NCBI GenBank assembly: GCA_964607655.1
Contig: CAZSKX010000002.1
Span: forward strand, 1,325-65,324
DNA from: an uncultured Candidatus Saccharibacteria bacterium
GTDB lineage: Bacteria > Patescibacteriota > Minisyncoccia > Phycocordibacterales > Phycocordibacteraceae
Direction: 5' to 3'
Length of the DNA: 64,000 nt
The notes beneath the pieces are model-generated. The model saw nothing but the letters and a program-made list of their open reading frames with translations. It searched no databases and was not told the origin of the DNA. A program made the position numbers and the translations under genes. Below are positions 20,620 to 28,791 of the stretch, in pieces (position 1 is the stretch's first letter; each line of letters begins with the position of its first letter).

Positions 20620-21819
20620 ATGGCTGAATTCAATCGTGCGAAGCCGCACATGAACGTTGGTACCATCGGTCACGTCGACCACGGTAAGACCACGCTCACG
20701 GCCGGCATTCTTCATGTGCTTTCGATGCTCACCGGCGAGGGCTATGCTTCTCGCGTCGAGGAGGTAGATAAGATTGACAGCGCTCCTGAGGAGAAGGCTC
20801 GCGGTATTACTATCGCGCTCCACCACTCAGAGTACGAGAGCCCGACGCGCCACTATGCGCACATCGACGCTCCGGGTCACGCTGACTACATTAAGAACAT
20901 GATCACCGGTGCCGCCCAGATGGACGGCGCAGTGCTCGTGGTCGCCGCAACTGACGGCGTGATGCCTCAGACGCGCGAGCACATCCTTCTCGCGAAGCAG
21001 GTGGGTCTTAAGAAGCTCATCGTCTTCTTGAACAAGGTAGACATGGTGGCGGAGGCAGATCTCATCGACCTCGTCGAGGAAGAGATCCGCGAGCTCCTCA
21101 CCAAGCAGGGTTACGACGGCGCAAACACGCCGATCCTCCGCGGTTCAGGCCTCAAGGCGCTTGAGTCAAAGGACGCTGCTGATGAGTGGGCACAGAAGGT
21201 GAAGGCCCTCGTAGATACGATGGACACTTACTTCGATATGCCTGAGCGCGAGGTGGCAAAGCCCTTCCTCATGCCGATCGAAGACATCTTCTCAATCGAA
21301 GGTCGCGGTACCGTAGTTACGGGCCGCATCGAGCGCGGCATCATCAAAGTCGGTGAAGAAGTCGAAATCGTCGGTATCAAGGATACGACCAAGACGACAG
21401 TCACCGGTATTGAGATGTTTAACAAGCAGCTTCAGGAGGGTCAGGCCGGCGACAACGCAGGCATCCTTCTTCGCGGTACGAAGAAGGAAGACGTGCACCG
21501 TGGTCAGGTCCTCGCGAAGACCGGTTCGGTAACCCCGCACACGGGCTTCGACGCTGAGGTCTACATCCTCGGTAAGGACGAAGGCGGTCGTCACACGCCG
21601 TTCTTCACAGGCTATAAGCCCCAGTTCTACATCCGCACCACGGACGTCACCGGCGAGGTGACGCTCCCAGCGGGTAAGGAGATGGTGATGCCAGGCGACA
21701 CTGTGACCTTCACAGTGAAGCTTACGGCCCCGGTCGCTCTTGAGGAGCAGCAGCGCTTCGCGATCCGCGAAGGCGGCAAGACCGTCGGCGCCGGCGTGGT
21801 AACGAAGATTACAGCGTAA
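20620..21819 (+). CDS. tuf: Elongation factor Tu
   Basis: 399 aa; [24 protein letters not shown], and domains 2 and 3 all canonical. Confidence 0.96.
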   Translation: MAEFNRAKPHMNVGTIGHVDHGKTTLTAGILHVLSMLTGEGYASRVEEVDKIDSAPEEKARGITIALHHSEYESPTRHYAHIDAPGHADYIKNMITGAAQMDGAVLVVAATDGVMPQTREHILLAKQVGLKKLIVFLNKVDMVAEADLIDLVEEEIRELLTKQGYDGANTPILRGSGLKALESKDAADEWAQKVKALVDTMDTYFDMPEREVAKPFLMPIEDIFSIEGRGTVVTGRIERGIIKVGEEVEIVGIKDTTKTTVTGIEMFNKQLQEGQAGDNAGILLRGTKKEDVHRGQVLAKTGSVTPHTGFDAEVYILGKDEGGRHTPFFTGYKPQFYIRTTDVTGEVTLPAGKEMVMPGDTVTFTVKLTAPVALEEQQRFAIREGGKTVGAGVVTKITA

Positions 21820-21853
21820 TCTTCTCGGGGTAGGCGACTACCTCCTGTACCTC

Positions 21854-22234
21854 ATGCCTACTGAACCAAAAACAACCAAAAAGCCAGCGATCAAGCGCGC
21901 TTCAAAGAAGGCTGATGCACCAGCTGCTGAACACAAGCTACGTATCCGAGTCCGTGCTTACGAGCACAAGATTCTCGATATGTCGGTGAAGCAGATCATG
22001 GATACTGCAGCCCGCTTTGACGCAGTGATTGTTGGCCCGGTGCCGCTCCCCATCGAGATCAAGCGCTGGACCGTGAACCGCTCAACGTTCGTCCACAAGG
22101 ATGCGCGCGAGCAGTTCGAAATGCGGATCCACAAGCGTCTTATCGACATCATGAACCCTTCACCGAAGGTGATCGAGGCTCTCACGAACCTCAATCTCCC
22201 TTCAGGAGTGACGATTGATGTGAAGATGGTCTAA
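21854..22234 (+). CDS. rpsJ: 30S ribosomal protein S10 (with a basic N-terminal extension)
   Basis: KLRIRVRAYEHKILDMSVKQIMDTA...GPVPLP...RFTVNRSTFVHKDAREQFE is canonical S10; about 25 extra N-terminal residues. Confidence 0.9.
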   Translation: MPTEPKTTKKPAIKRASKKADAPAAEHKLRIRVRAYEHKILDMSVKQIMDTAARFDAVIVGPVPLPIEIKRWTVNRSTFVHKDAREQFEMRIHKRLIDIMNPSPKVIEALTNLNLPSGVTIDVKMV

Positions 22235-22253
22235 GCGACCGCCAAGATTAAGC

Positions 22254-22285
22254 AAAACCGCCCCGAAAGGGGCGGTTTTGTGTTA
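22254..22285 (+). terminator. Strong rho-independent terminator after rpsJ
   Basis: aaaaccgccccgaaaggggcggtttt followed by gtgtt. Confidence 0.7.
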
Positions 22286-22291
22286 GGGTAG

Positions 22292-22516
22292 ATGGCAGAA
22301 AAACAAAAGGAGATCTTTCATATGCACAAATGCGAATTCTGCGGCAATGAAATCGATGGAACGAAGGAGCTTGACGGAATACCGATGACCTACAAGGTGG
22401 GCGATGTCACGAAGACCGCCCACGAGGACTGTTACTACGAGGCGCTCGGAAACATTGTCGAGCAGCATCCTTTCGTGAGTCCGCCTCGCGGGCATGGCTC
22501 CAGTAATCTCGACTGA
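22292..22516 (+). CDS. Small Cys/His-containing hypothetical protein (possible zinc-ribbon)
   Basis: 74 aa; HMHKCEFCGNE...HEDCYYE; precedes and slightly overlaps the PRTase-like gene. Confidence 0.35.
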   Translation: MAEKQKEIFHMHKCEFCGNEIDGTKELDGIPMTYKVGDVTKTAHEDCYYEALGNIVEQHPFVSPPRGHGSSNLD

Positions 22517-22526
22517 AGGAGGAAGC

Positions 22527-23231
22527 GTGAATATTCAGAAATTGGATCTCGCGGGTATCCGGCAACTCAAGTATGAAGATCTGGCGTATGAGCCGACCGA
22601 CGGCGACATCCGGCACATCTTCGAGCAGTGCAGAGCGCTCTGGACTCATTCGGGTGATCCGAGGGCTCCGCACGTGAAGCTTACGGCAGGCGACTGCAGT
22701 GACGGGTTCGTGGACGTGCTTCGCGCGCTCCGCTACACGCAGATCACGAGCTTCATGGCGGCACACCTCGTACACCGCTTGCGGAAGGTGTATCGCGGTC
22801 CTGTCGCCTGGGTCGTCGGTTCTGACCATGCGGGCGCGACGCTGTCGTTCGAGGTGGCTCGCCAGCTGGGTGCACAACACGACTTCACCGAGAAGGGTCC
22901 CGATAAGACCCAGCTCTGGAAGCGATTCGCTATCGAGGCGGACGAGTGGGTCCTGCAGGTAGAGGAGCTCGCGACGACGCTCCATACCTTCCAGGCAGTA
23001 CGAGCTGGTATGCGATCCGGTAACTCGACCCCGGTCAAGTTCATCCCGCATCCGATGGTGCTCGTGCACCGTTCGGGTGAGTACGAGCTCGAGGGCGAGG
23101 AGCTGATCTACGGTGCCCACTACAACATCCGTAAGTGGAAGCAGGTAGACTGTCCGCTCTGTAGGGCGGGGTCCAAGAGGATCAGTGAACCGAAGAAACA
23201 CTGGGACGAGCTCACGCAGTGGGCAGCCTGA
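22527..23231 (+). CDS. Hypothetical protein with a degenerate type-I phosphoribosyltransferase-like motif
   Basis: GTG start 7 nt after the RBS GGAGGA; VAWVVGSDHAGATLSF resembles the PRPP-binding loop (hhhhDDxxxTGGT); C-terminal CPLC; terminator follows on the + strand. The 281-aa antisense ORF 22407-23252 is rejected. Confidence 0.45.
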   Translation: MNIQKLDLAGIRQLKYEDLAYEPTDGDIRHIFEQCRALWTHSGDPRAPHVKLTAGDCSDGFVDVLRALRYTQITSFMAAHLVHRLRKVYRGPVAWVVGSDHAGATLSFEVARQLGAQHDFTEKGPDKTQLWKRFAIEADEWVLQVEELATTLHTFQAVRAGMRSGNSTPVKFIPHPMVLVHRSGEYELEGEELIYGAHYNIRKWKQVDCPLCRAGSKRISEPKKHWDELTQWAA

Positions 23232-23254
23232 GCTCACGACGAGCTCGAGCACGA

Positions 23255-23286
23255 GGGCCGGTACCGAGAGGTGCCGGCCCTTTTTT
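23255..23286 (+). terminator. Rho-independent terminator
   Basis: gggccggtaccgagaggtgccggccc followed by tttttt. Confidence 0.65.
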
Positions 23287-23347
23287 GTTGTCTCTACAGA
23301 GCTATTTGTGGTACACAGAGGAGCAGACGGACCAAGGAGCGTATGTC

Positions 23348-23551
23348 ATGTATCTACTGGAATTGCTGCCCTCAGAGCGGCCGCCACGCTGTCTGGTGAG
23401 CATCTCGCCTTCAGGCATCGCTTTCAACATCACGGGGCATCGGGAATTTGAATCTCTCGAGGAGGTTGAGGCCTTCAAGAAGCAATGGAAGCACCATTTC
23501 TTCAACCTCGAACTCCTCGCAGTGATCAGAAAACCAGAGAAGCAATCGTAA
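23348..23551 (+). CDS. Small hypothetical protein (67 aa) bracketed by two terminators
   Basis: AAGGAG RBS 6 nt upstream of the ATG; MYLLELLPSERPPRCLVSISPSGIAFNITGHREFESLEEVEAFKKQWKHHFFNLELLAVIRKPEKQS; ends at the 23551-23584 hairpin. Coding status uncertain. Confidence 0.25.
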   Translation: MYLLELLPSERPPRCLVSISPSGIAFNITGHREFESLEEVEAFKKQWKHHFFNLELLAVIRKPEKQS

Positions 23552-23584
23552 AGGCCGGCATCGAAAGATGCCGGCCTTTTCTTA
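23551..23584. terminator. Bidirectional terminator (small + strand ORF / nadV)
   Basis: aaaggccggcatcgaaagatgccggcctttt followed by cttac. Confidence 0.6.
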
Positions 23585-23632
23585 CACACAAACGCCCGTA
23601 CGTGGTTAAACCACGCACGGGCGTTCGAGCGT

Positions 23633-25048
23633 TCAGTCCTGAAGCGCTCGTTCGCGGATCTCGGCAAAGCTCTGATCCACCAGGAGTTCCCCATTTCTGA
23701 ACACGGGCACGAGCTCGTTTTTGAGCCCGAGCCGAGCCGCTTCCTCGATGCGCATCGTGGCGTAAGTTCCATCCACCTTCACCAGCGCCAGACGTCCCGC
23801 CTTGGAACGCTTGCCTGGATCGGTGATCGGGTCCTTCATCACGTCACGCCATTCTCCGTCGACTTTGATCGCCGAGCACTTGTAGGCGAACCTGAGCGTG
23901 TCACGGTTCATCTTTTGCAAGAGCCCGCCGCCAGAGCCGAAGGCGATGTTGTCAGCCGACCAACGCTTCCACTCCATGACCTGCAAGATGCGTTCGATCA
24001 TCTTGTTTTCCCGGTCGATGAAGTCGCCCTGAATCACTCGGACTTTTGGGTTCAAGACCTTATAGCCCTTGTTGTTCACGGTGTAGCCGAAGGTTTCACC
24101 GAGGATCTCCAGAGTGGACACGACCACATCGGGCGGGAAGCCGCTGTCTGGTCTGACCACCAGCGTTCCTTCGCGGCCGAGCACACGGTCTTTGAGGCGG
24201 TTGCCCCAGAGTTCACGGCATGCCTCGAAGAGGTTGTAGCTGTCCGAAACGACCGCTACAGTACCCGTCGGAAACTGGTTGAGTATGTTGGCATACGCTT
24301 CCAGTTCTTTCAGTCGACCCCACGAGGTTATCGTGCTGTGTTGGGCCGCCGGGATGGAGTAGCCAGCCATGCGTTCGTTGTAGTACTTGCGCGCGACACG
24401 GAGCCCCTGCAGGGTGTCCGTACCGCGGAAGTGCAGCAAGTGCGCGCAGCCGCCGATCCCTGCCGACTCGACTGAGGTCGAACCGCGAAAACCGAAATCG
24501 TGCACCTTGAAGTCGATCAGCGAAGGATCGCCAGTCTTTTCGAGGTACGCGAGAATCAGTTTCCGCCAGTCTTTGTCCTGAGTGGCTACCGTACAGGGAT
24601 ACCAGGGGAGCGAAAGCGGTCCTTCGACGTAACTTCCGATCCACGGGACGCGTTCATCAGTGCTCTCCACGGTGTGAAGCACGTTGCCGGTTGGCACTGT
24701 AGTGCCTTCCGGCACAGCCTTGATGAGAATCGGGAGTCGCCCCCCGGTCTTCACGATGTGATCCCATCCAGCGCGATTGTAGATGGAAGAATCCCCCGAG
24801 AAATGCATCTCGAAGTCTTCGCGCGCCTCTTCGACATTCTCAGGCGTGATGCGAACTCCGGCGAGGTACCTCTTCAGGTAGTACTGCAGTCCGAAGTAAG
24901 TCACGTGTGGAAAGTCGCCGCCGCGGCTCTCGAAGAAGCTGTGCATCTCCTGCATGTCAGGCGGATACTGCAGCCAGTGCGAGGCGCCGTAACTATCGGC
25001 AAGCTCGATGTTGTTGATGTCGTCAATTTCGTGATTCGGTCTCGTCAT
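23633..25048 (-). CDS. nadV: Nicotinamide phosphoribosyltransferase (NAMPT/NadV)
   Basis: 471 aa; full-length match to the NAMPT fold by conserved blocks: HDFGFRG, VSDSYN (SDSYD-like), FGSGGGLLQ, VIQGDFI. Confidence 0.9.
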   Translation of the reverse strand: MTRPNHEIDDINNIELADSYGASHWLQYPPDMQEMHSFFESRGGDFPHVTYFGLQYYLKRYLAGVRITPENVEEAREDFEMHFSGDSSIYNRAGWDHIVKTGGRLPILIKAVPEGTTVPTGNVLHTVESTDERVPWIGSYVEGPLSLPWYPCTVATQDKDWRKLILAYLEKTGDPSLIDFKVHDFGFRGSTSVESAGIGGCAHLLHFRGTDTLQGLRVARKYYNERMAGYSIPAAQHSTITSWGRLKELEAYANILNQFPTGTVAVVSDSYNLFEACRELWGNRLKDRVLGREGTLVVRPDSGFPPDVVVSTLEILGETFGYTVNNKGYKVLNPKVRVIQGDFIDRENKMIERILQVMEWKRWSADNIAFGSGGGLLQKMNRDTLRFAYKCSAIKVDGEWRDVMKDPITDPGKRSKAGRLALVKVDGTYATMRIEEAARLGLKNELVPVFRNGELLVDQSFAEIRERALQD

Positions 25049-25072
25049 GGCACACCTCCTTGGTGTGTGGGG

Positions 25073-25975
25073 TCACTTTGGGCGAGTCTTTTCGATCACT
25101 CGTGCGACGAGGGGACGATGCGACTCGACGATCGTGTCGAGGTCGAGCGTCGCCAGGCTGTGCCACGCGACTCTCGCGAGGTCATCGCCAGCTTTCGGCG
25201 CGCCGCCCATGTGGTAGGTGAGGAAGAGCGACGTGAGGAGCTTGTCCTTCTCGCCCCGGTAGCGCCAGTCGTCGACTCGATACGAGCCGAGATAGGTCAC
25301 TTCGTGGGTGAGCAGGTTTCCTGCCTCTTCGCGCAGTTCACGCAAGGCGGCTCCTTCGAGCGACTCGTCGGTCGGGTCAACGAACCCGCCGATAACGCGC
25401 CACTTGTCGCCGTCCGTCACCTTCTGTCCGAGCAAGAGCTCGTTCGTCGAGTGGCGCACGACAGCGATATCCACCGTCTGGTAGGAAAGCGCCGGCCGCA
25501 GATGCTGCGCAGCGATCATCCCTTCGCGGAATGCCTTTCCCCAGTCGCAGGTGCCGAAGATTTCGGCACGATGCGCGGTCCCGTTGGTAGAGCCCAGCTC
25601 GGGCACCGTGATGACCGGAAGCTTGCCTCCGTAGTGGGGGGCGAAGCTGTCTCGCGAGCCGTAGAGACGTACCGTGGCCTCGGGGAAGGTTTCCTCGAGG
25701 AGACGGTCGAGTCTGGTCGACCACTCCGCATCGTTCGGATGGTCCTTGTGCTGCAGGATCACCACGTCAGGGTAGAGCTCCTGGACCACACGGGTTCGCA
25801 CCAGGGGAGGGAGGGGGTTGCGGGGCGAGAGGAGGGCTTCTCCATGTCCGATGATCACAGCGACCTGATCGTTCTCGCGAAGCGCGTATTCGATCAAGTG
25901 CCGGTGACCTTCGTGCAGTTCGGCCACCTGGAATCGGCCCATGATGACGCCGATGTTCTTATTGTTCATGTTCAT
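25073..25975 (-). CDS. nadM: Bifunctional NMN adenylyltransferase / Nudix ADP-ribose pyrophosphatase (NadM type)
   Basis: N-terminal nucleotidyltransferase GRFQVAELHEGHRHLI (GRFQPxHxGH); C-terminal Nudix box GGFVDPTDESLEGAALRELREEAG; 24 nt downstream of nadV. Confidence 0.85.
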   Translation of the reverse strand: MNMNNKNIGVIMGRFQVAELHEGHRHLIEYALRENDQVAVIIGHGEALLSPRNPLPPLVRTRVVQELYPDVVILQHKDHPNDAEWSTRLDRLLEETFPEATVRLYGSRDSFAPHYGGKLPVITVPELGSTNGTAHRAEIFGTCDWGKAFREGMIAAQHLRPALSYQTVDIAVVRHSTNELLLGQKVTDGDKWRVIGGFVDPTDESLEGAALRELREEAGNLLTHEVTYLGSYRVDDWRYRGEKDKLLTSLFLTYHMGGAPKAGDDLARVAWHSLATLDLDTIVESHRPLVARVIEKTRPK

Positions 25976-26018
25976 TAGGGTATCTCCTTTAGTTGTAAAG
26001 AGCCAACGCGAATACGAC

Positions 26019-26039
26019 TTAATGTATCTAATACACTAA
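26019..26039. promoter_or_regulatory. Candidate NrtR operator 1 (imperfect 21-bp palindrome TTAATGTAT-CTA-ATACACTAA)
   Basis: About 44 bp upstream of the nadM start codon; one mismatch relative to operator 2. Confidence 0.5.
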
Positions 26040-26083
26040 CTAAAGGTAAAAAAAGAGGATTCTTTCTGCCCTTCGTATCCGTC

Positions 26084-26104
26084 TTAGTGTATCTTATACA
26101 CTAA
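26084..26104. promoter_or_regulatory. Candidate NrtR operator 2 (perfect 21-bp palindrome TTAGTGTAT-CTT-ATACACTAA)
   Basis: Perfect 9-bp arms with a 3-bp spacer; contains a GT-N7-AC core; lies between the nrtR stop and nadM. Confidence 0.55.
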
Positions 26105-26150
26105 CGTATTTCCTGTCAAGCACCTCTGGGGATAACGGGAAAGAGGGGAC

Positions 26151-26900
26151 TTAGAGAACCTCCACTTCGTGCACCTTCGCCGAGGTCATTTTGTAGAGCT
26201 GCGCGGGGCGGAAAGCGCCCCCGGTGCGTTTGTGAGGAAGCTCAGCAAGGAACTTAAGCTTAGTAAGTTTCTTGCGGAAGTTACGCTTATCGAGGTTGGT
26301 GTGCAGTATGCACTCATACGCCTGCTCGAGCTCAGTTAAGGTGAATTCTTTTGGCATGAGCTTGCCGATTACTGTGGTGTAGGTGATCCGCGATCGAAGA
26401 CGATCAGTGGCCACTCTAAGAATCTCGTTGTGATCGTAGGCAAGCTTACCCGCTTCTGTTGCCGGAACCCACCATGCGTCTTCCGTATTGTTTTGTTCAC
26501 TTGGAGAAAGACGATCCCAAGACACAAGGCCCATGTAGGCGACCGCAAGTACTCGACTACGGGGATCGCGGTTGATACCGCTGAACGTGTAGAGCTGTTC
26601 GAAGTATATTTTTTCTGGATCGACGAGTGCGCGCTCTCGTGTGACACGCTCGGCCGCTTCCTCGGCGGTTTCTTCTTCATGGATAAGCCCGCCGGGCATG
26701 CCCTGGGTGTTGGAGAAGTGGGGTGGGCGATGTACGCGCATGAGTCGAACAAGGAGCTGCTTGTCCTTAACGATAAAAAGTACGACGTCAGTGGCAATGA
26801 CGGCGAAGCGGAGATGTTTCTCGGCGGTTGTCTTAGGCATGGCCTCATGGTCTCGTGAGGGAGGCTCTGTGTCAATGTGTCTTTTGTACACAAAGTTCAC
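26151..26900 (-). CDS. nrtR: NrtR-family Nudix-related transcriptional regulator (Nudix domain plus C-terminal winged helix)
   Basis: 249 aa; degenerate Nudix box GMPGGLIHEEETAEEAAERVTRE; C-terminal FTLTELEQAYECILHTNLDKRNFRKKLTKLKFL resembles the NrtR DNA-binding domain; sits first in the minus-strand nrtR-nadM-nadV array. Confidence 0.65.
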   Translation of the reverse strand: MNFVYKRHIDTEPPSRDHEAMPKTTAEKHLRFAVIATDVVLFIVKDKQLLVRLMRVHRPPHFSNTQGMPGGLIHEEETAEEAAERVTRERALVDPEKIYFEQLYTFSGINRDPRSRVLAVAYMGLVSWDRLSPSEQNNTEDAWWVPATEAGKLAYDHNEILRVATDRLRSRITYTTVIGKLMPKEFTLTELEQAYECILHTNLDKRNFRKKLTKLKFLAELPHKRTGGAFRPAQLYKMTSAKVHEVEVL

Positions 26901-26975
26901 ATATTGCGTTATTAGGGGGGCTCGTGTAGAGTGGTCACATCGCTATGTCCCCGGCCTGAATAGGGGGGACCTCCA

Positions 26976-27012
26976 GCAAATCGCACGACGCGATTGCTGT
27001 CGTGCGATTTGC
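26976..27012 (+). promoter_or_regulatory. Perfect 14-bp-stem hairpin 12 nt upstream of the rplC start (candidate r-protein leader or attenuator)
   Basis: GCAAATCGCACGAC-gcgattgct-GTCGTGCGATTTGC; no strong U-tract follows. Confidence 0.4.
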
Positions 27013-27023
27013 TTTACCTAGAC

Positions 27024-27638
27024 ATGAAATTCACACTCGCAACCAAAGTAGGGATGACCCGTATCTACGGGGAGGACGGCCGCGCTGTAGCGGGGACGAT
27101 CCTTGTCGCTGACCCGGTGACGGTTACCCAGGTTAAGACCAAGGACGGCAAGGACGGCTATAGCGCCGTTCAGATTGGTCGCGGCTCACGTAAGACCAAG
27201 AACGTCTCTAAGGCGGTTCTCGGCCACACCAAGGGCAAGGGGTTTGAGACTATTCGGGAATTTAAGACCGACGCTAGCCCCGAGGTGGGCAGCGAGATCG
27301 CCGTCGACACCTTCCAGGTAGGCGACATCGTGCGCGTTTCGGGCCTTACGAAGGGTAAGGGATTCGCGGGTGTAGTTAAGCGTCACGGCTTCCACGGCGG
27401 TCCTCGTTCTCACGGTCAGAAGCACTCTGAGCGTGAGCCGGGCTCGATCGGTGGCTCAGGCGGGCGCGCCGGCGGTCGTGTGGCCAAGGGTATTCGCATG
27501 GCCGGCCGCATGGGTACGGATCGCGTAACGGTGATGAACCTCAAGGTGCTCGTCGTAGACGCGAAGACGAACCAGATGATCGTCTCGGGTGCCGTGCCTG
27601 GTCGCCGCGGTACCGTGCTCGAAATCGTTTCGGCATAA
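27024..27638 (+). CDS. rplC: 50S ribosomal protein L3
   Basis: MKFTLATKVGMTRIY...VTQVKTKDGKDGYSAVQIG... is canonical L3; the track ORF from 26994 is an in-frame upstream extension. Confidence 0.92.
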   Translation: MKFTLATKVGMTRIYGEDGRAVAGTILVADPVTVTQVKTKDGKDGYSAVQIGRGSRKTKNVSKAVLGHTKGKGFETIREFKTDASPEVGSEIAVDTFQVGDIVRVSGLTKGKGFAGVVKRHGFHGGPRSHGQKHSEREPGSIGGSGGRAGGRVAKGIRMAGRMGTDRVTVMNLKVLVVDAKTNQMIVSGAVPGRRGTVLEIVSA

Positions 27639-27649
27639 CTTTTATTACT

Positions 27650-28405
27650 ATGGCAACTACCAAGACAACCAAGAAGACGACCACGAAAGCAGCCCCCAAG
27701 GCCGCTAAGAAGGTGGCACCGAAGGCCGAGAAGGCATCGGTAGCTCTCGAAGCAGTCGTCTACGGCATGGACGGTAAGAAGATTTCAACAATCGCACTTC
27801 CGGCCGAGATCTTCGGCGCTCGTTGGCGCGCTGACCTCGTGCATCAGGTCACGACCGGTATCCAGGCGAACCTTCGTCAGAACCGTGCTCACACCAAGGA
27901 TCGTGCTGAAGTGTCAGGCGGCGGCAAGAAGCCCTGGAAGCAGAAGGGTACCGGCCAGGCACGTCACGGCTCAAGCCGTTCTCCGATCTGGCGCCACGGC
28001 GGTATCACCTTTGGCCCACGCAAGGATCGCGATTATAGCGAGAAGATAAACAAGAAGCAGCGTGTTCAGGCACTCCTCTCAGTGCTCTCACGTAAGGCCA
28101 AGGACGGCGAGCTCATCTTGGTCGACAAGATTTCATTCGGTACGCCGAAGACCGCTGAGGCCAAGAAGGTGTTCCTCGCGGTAGGAAAGGCCGCGGGCAT
28201 GAGGGAGAAGAAAAAGAACGCGGCGCTCGTCGCGATGACGACCTACGAGAAGAATACGATCAAGAGTTTCAGCAACATGGGCAATGTGACCACCGAGGAG
28301 ATCCGAAACTTGAATCCGCTTCAGCTCCTCACCTACAAGTATCTCGTGATCGAGAACCCGGAGGAGGCGTTCAAGACACTCGCTGCGCGTATAAAGGCCG
28401 CATAA
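27650..28405 (+). CDS. rplD: 50S ribosomal protein L4 (Lys/Thr-rich N-terminal extension)
   Basis: L4 core (GGGKKPWKQKGTGQARHGS...), position after rplC. Confidence 0.9.
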   Translation: MATTKTTKKTTTKAAPKAAKKVAPKAEKASVALEAVVYGMDGKKISTIALPAEIFGARWRADLVHQVTTGIQANLRQNRAHTKDRAEVSGGGKKPWKQKGTGQARHGSSRSPIWRHGGITFGPRKDRDYSEKINKKQRVQALLSVLSRKAKDGELILVDKISFGTPKTAEAKKVFLAVGKAAGMREKKKNAALVAMTTYEKNTIKSFSNMGNVTTEEIRNLNPLQLLTYKYLVIENPEEAFKTLAARIKAA

Positions 28406-28415
28406 TATCTGACGT

Positions 28416-28781
28416 ATGGCAATTTTTAACTCAAAAAAAGAAAAAGGTTCAGCTTCAAAGAAGACGCACAAGGCACGTGCGGTAAAGAAGCTTGTCGACG
28501 GCACAGCCAACGACGTTATCCGCGCACCGTGGTTCTCTGAGAAGGCGCTGTTGGCGACTGAAAAGAGTGTCTACGCCTTTGCGGTCTCGACGCGCTCAAG
28601 TAAGGCGGAGATCGCTGCTGCGATAAAGGCCTTGTACAACGTTGAACCGAAAGCCGTCCGCATCGTGAATCTTCCTGCGAAGAAGAAGAACATGCGTACG
28701 CGTCGCGGGGTAGGTGTTCGCGCTGCGCGCCGTAAGGCCTATGTCTACCTTAACAAGGGTGAGACCATCACATTTGCTTAA
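28416..28781 (+). CDS. rplW: 50S ribosomal protein L23
   Basis: IRAPWFSEKALLATEKSVYAFAV...; position. Confidence 0.88.
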   Translation: MAIFNSKKEKGSASKKTHKARAVKKLVDGTANDVIRAPWFSEKALLATEKSVYAFAVSTRSSKAEIAAAIKALYNVEPKAVRIVNLPAKKKNMRTRRGVGVRAARRKAYVYLNKGETITFA

Positions 28782-28791
28782 TTATTAGAGT

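Noticed and set aside
22407-23252. 281-aa minus-strand ORF overlapping the PRTase-like gene
   Set aside because: Arg-rich low-complexity product with no RBS. The + strand ORF has a GGAGGA RBS, a GTG start and a + strand terminator directly after its stop.
24500-25978. 492-aa + strand ORF antisense to nadV/nadM
   Set aside because: Arg/Val/Asp-rich composition typical of antisense frames in GC-rich DNA. The opposite strand encodes two proteins with unmistakable NAMPT and NMNAT/Nudix motifs.
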